Assembly (NCBI GenBank): GCA_965218435.1 | Contig: CBDCKW010000009.1 | Coordinates: 1,152,001-1,216,000, forward strand | Origin: Truepera sp. | Lineage (GTDB): Bacteria > Deinococcota > Deinococci > Deinococcales > Trueperaceae | Reading direction: 5' to 3' | DNA: 64,000 nt | In this document: piece after piece, positions 61,342 to 64,000 of the stretch | Layout of the letters: every line of letters starts with the position of its first letter | Numbering within the stretch: the first letter of the stretch is position 1 | Made by a program: the position numbers and the translations under genes | Notes under the pieces: model-generated | What the model was told of the DNA's origin: nothing | The model's database searches: none | The model's input: only the letters and a program-made list of their open reading frames with translations

Positions 61342-61710
61342 GCTCGAGAGAGCGGCGCGAACATCAAACGGGCGCGGTCTCGGTGAGTAGATACGGCGGC
61401 GCAAGTTTTAGCCGCTCGGCACGACGACCACCGCCCGCTGCCGCATCACCTGTCAGACAAGCACGTCACGCACTACGACGGCTTTACCGACCTCTGGCGC
61501 AGGGCGCTCTGGACGGCTGTGAAGGCTGAGATGTACGGCGGCACGACAAAGGGCTGGGTGCTCATTCAAGAGATGATCGAGCGCGTGCAGGAGGCGAAAG
61601 TCGCGGGTTACAAGAAGCCGTCAGCGTGGGCGTGGAGCAAGGTTAAAGAGGAGATGGCGGCGCTGCGGCGGGATTATGGGAGTGGTGCGGCGGGGGCGCT
61701 CGAGGCTTAG
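61342..61710 (+). pseudogene. C-terminal fragment of an unknown gene with internal stop
   Basis: Coding-like frame ...RSR*VDTAAQVLAA...LWRRALW...KKPSAWAWSK...LEA*, no start; CTCGAG at both ends. Confidence 0.5.
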
Positions 61711-61776
61711 CCAAAAGTTACATAGCAGATGAGGATGCCGGGGGGTATTCTGTTAGAGATTATGTGGAGGCCCAAG

Positions 61777-62844
61777 ATGAATTCTTCTGCTAAGCACTAC
61801 GCTGCATTGCTGTCATTCATGGTGCTGCTACTGTCTGGAACGGTGTTTGCCCAAGAGCAGTGGCAACTTGACCAAGCGGTGGGAAAGTATTGGCACGTGA
61901 ATAACGCTAAACTCTTTTCATATAGCCCAGAAGAGAACAATCCGGGCCTAATGATGGTGATGGTAGAAGAAAATGGCGAAGTACACATCACTATATCTGC
62001 CGAACTTGAACTTGGCATGTTTGCCGAATCAAAAGTTCGTTATTCGTTTAACCGAGATATTCAGATGGCAGACCCGTCATCAGAACAATGGCAAACGCTT
62101 AATTTCTTCGGTGCCACAAGCGTGATTGCTTCGCAAAATTTTATAAGGCAGTTCATGCGTTGGGCGAAAGCAGATGGGTTTGTTGATGTTGAAATGACAG
62201 ACAAGAACGGCGATGCAGCTCTTCGTCGGTTTATCTTCAAAGGGTTTCCAAGTGCCTACAATGAGCTGGCTGCTGAACTCGGCATAGCACAAATCGGTAC
62301 AATGGCACCTAATGGTGATCAGGCTCGACCTATTGACGTGTCCAATTCCGCCGAGAAGCAGAATATGTTTGAGGGTTGGCAAATTGAAAAAGGCAGAATA
62401 ACAAAAGTTACCAGTATTGATGGGCAAGAGATCGAGGTAGTTGTAGCCGCCAAAGACGAAGGGACTGAAATACGCTTTTATCCGGACGCTGAGTTTACAC
62501 GTAACGGAGAAACTAGAGTTCGGGCTGGCAGCAATAAAAAGGAAATTGAGTGCGCTGAATTTTCGGTTTGGTCAACTGTTCTTGAAGAAGGCCGGAGTGG
62601 TTACTTAGTTACACCTACAGCAGAGTCTGATACACTTCAGAACCCATCTGTGAAATGGTACAAAATCGAATTAATAGATAGAAATGATGAACACGTTGTA
62701 AGAACCTTTGAGGTTGCGAACTTATTACTTGCCTTCGACGAAATGCGTAAACGATACCCTGAACTTGCGATTGGATCAAAGAATTCTCAATACTACGTGC
62801 GTTTCAATCTCTTGGGGTCTGATTCCCCGCCGCTTGCGGCGTAG
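61777..62844 (+). CDS. Low-GC secreted hypothetical protein; 3' end runs into IS200
   Basis: RBS GGAGG, signal peptide ending VFA-Q, two similar internal domains. Confidence 0.75.
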   Translation: MNSSAKHYAALLSFMVLLLSGTVFAQEQWQLDQAVGKYWHVNNAKLFSYSPEENNPGLMMVMVEENGEVHITISAELELGMFAESKVRYSFNRDIQMADPSSEQWQTLNFFGATSVIASQNFIRQFMRWAKADGFVDVEMTDKNGDAALRRFIFKGFPSAYNELAAELGIAQIGTMAPNGDQARPIDVSNSAEKQNMFEGWQIEKGRITKVTSIDGQEIEVVVAAKDEGTEIRFYPDAEFTRNGETRVRAGSNKKEIECAEFSVWSTVLEEGRSGYLVTPTAESDTLQNPSVKWYKIELIDRNDEHVVRTFEVANLLLAFDEMRKRYPELAIGSKNSQYYVRFNLLGSDSPPLAA

Positions 62845-63334
62845 ACTCACAAGGTGAGCAAGTATATCCACAAGAGCCACAACGTAGATATTCTGATGTA
62901 CCACATAGTTTTTCCGGCGAAGTACCGTCGCGCGGTGATAGACGATGAAGTTGACAACGTGCTCAAAGAAGTCTGCGTGGAGATTGAGAAGCGTTACGAG
63001 ATCATATTTTTAGAGATAGGCACAGACAAGGATCATGTCCATTTTCTGGTGCAATCGGTGCCCACTTACACGGTTGTAAAGATCGTGCGAACGATCAAAA
63101 GTATTACCGCACGTGAAGTGTTCCGGCAATGTCCACAAGTCAAGAAGAAGCTTTGGGGGGGAGAGTTCTGGTCGGATGGCTACTTTGCCAGTACCGTAGG
63201 CAAACATGGTGATGAAGGCTTGATAGGCTCGTATGTAAGAAAGCAGGGAAAGCACTATCAACAACTGCACCAGACGCAGCAGGGGAGCTTGTTTGACTGG
63301 AATACCCCGTTCGCTTGCGGCGGGGTTCTTTATT
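62808..63334 (+). mobile_element. IS200/IS605-family element (tnpA only); ends approximate
   Basis: Subterminal hairpins CCCCGCCGCTTGCGGCG (left) and ACCCCGTTCGCTTGCGGCGGGGT (right) flanking tnpA. Confidence 0.85.
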
Positions 63335-63381
63335 CCAGGCTTCGGGGCGAACCTCCGTTTCGGCGCGAACTATCACTTTGA
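62854..63381 (+). CDS. tnpA: IS200-type Y1 HUH transposase
   Basis: YHIVFPAKYRR, DHVH (HUH), FWSDGYF, catalytic Y in SYVRKQ. Confidence 0.95.
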   Translation: MSKYIHKSHNVDILMYHIVFPAKYRRAVIDDEVDNVLKEVCVEIEKRYEIIFLEIGTDKDHVHFLVQSVPTYTVVKIVRTIKSITAREVFRQCPQVKKKLWGGEFWSDGYFASTVGKHGDEGLIGSYVRKQGKHYQQLHQTQQGSLFDWNTPFACGGVLYSRLRGEPPFRRELSL

Positions 63382-63390
63382 CTAAATACT

Positions 63391-64000
63391 CTAAGTACGG
63401 GACAAAAAGACAAGAAGCGGCTTCCTAAGCGAGAATAGCTGTGTGAAAGAATCTCAAGGAAGCCACTATCAGCATAAGACAAGACTGAAAGAAACGCTAG
63501 CAGCGAAGTTGCCTATGAATGGAGCCAGGCTGAAATGTCTGAGTACCTTGTTGCTGGTACTTGTGCAAGAGAAGAGCATCAACCTGGTCAGTTTAAGCTT
63601 AGCGTTTCAAGGCGCAGCTCAACCGGAATCATCTTATCGCCGCCTCAAGCGTTTTTTTGCAGAGGTGCGTCTGGATAAGCTCAAGGTGGCCCAACTGATT
63701 TTGAGCTTTTTACCGCCGCCGCCTTATACCGTTTGCGTTGACCGGACGAACTGGCAGTTCGGCAGGTGCGATATCAACATCCTGGTAATCGCCATTGCCC
63801 ATAGAGGCGTTGCCTTTCCTATAGTTTGGAGTTTTCTGGAGAAGCGAGGCAACTCGTCAGACGATGAGCGCATTGACCTGCTACAACGCCTTTTCGAGCT
63901 TGTCAAGCCCCGAGATATCGACTTTTTCTTGGCAGATAGAGAGTTTATCGGGGTAACTTGGTTTAACTACCTGGATAAGCGCCACGTTCCTTTTGCTATT
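63391..64000 (+). mobile_element. IS4-family insertion sequence (runs off window)
   Basis: Probable left end CTAAGTACGGGACAAAA; ORF from GTG 63443/ATG 63515 with SYRRLKRFF, VDRTNWQFG, KRGNS, LADREFIG. Confidence 0.9.

Noticed and set aside
61297..61345. Tn7 end downstream of glmS
   Set aside because: TGT triplets are present but no repeated TnsB sites or tns genes are visible

Overview
About 60% GC bacterial chromosome segment, most likely Deinococcota (Truepera-like). This is inferred from gene content and from many leaderless genes (TANNNT 5-7 nt before the start codon). Housekeeping genes (prs, ruvA, eutBC, ald, truB, pgl, lepB, pheST, glmS) are interspersed with small accessory cassettes: a TetR/SDR/MDR module, an orphan PrnC-like halogenase, hicAB, an enolase/NTF2-RidA/creatininase operon, a rare-sugar catabolic cluster, a trehalase pseudogene, and IS5, MITE, IS200 and IS4 elements. 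The most striking signal is the palindrome CTCGAG, about 7-fold over-represented (by-eye tally about 140 vs about 20 expected) and absent from the IS-rich, low-GC patches. It sits exactly at two reconstructable rearrangement junctions: an integrase-free hicAB insertion that duplicated 81 bp of a gene end, and an in-frame collapse of a membrane-protein paralog to 29 codons. This suggests a HIP1-like, palindrome-guided recombination system. Also seen: a core-degenerate glmS-ribozyme-like RNA with two inserted hairpins, and a candidate leaderless-uORF attenuator upstream of pheST. All calls are by eye; no searches were run.
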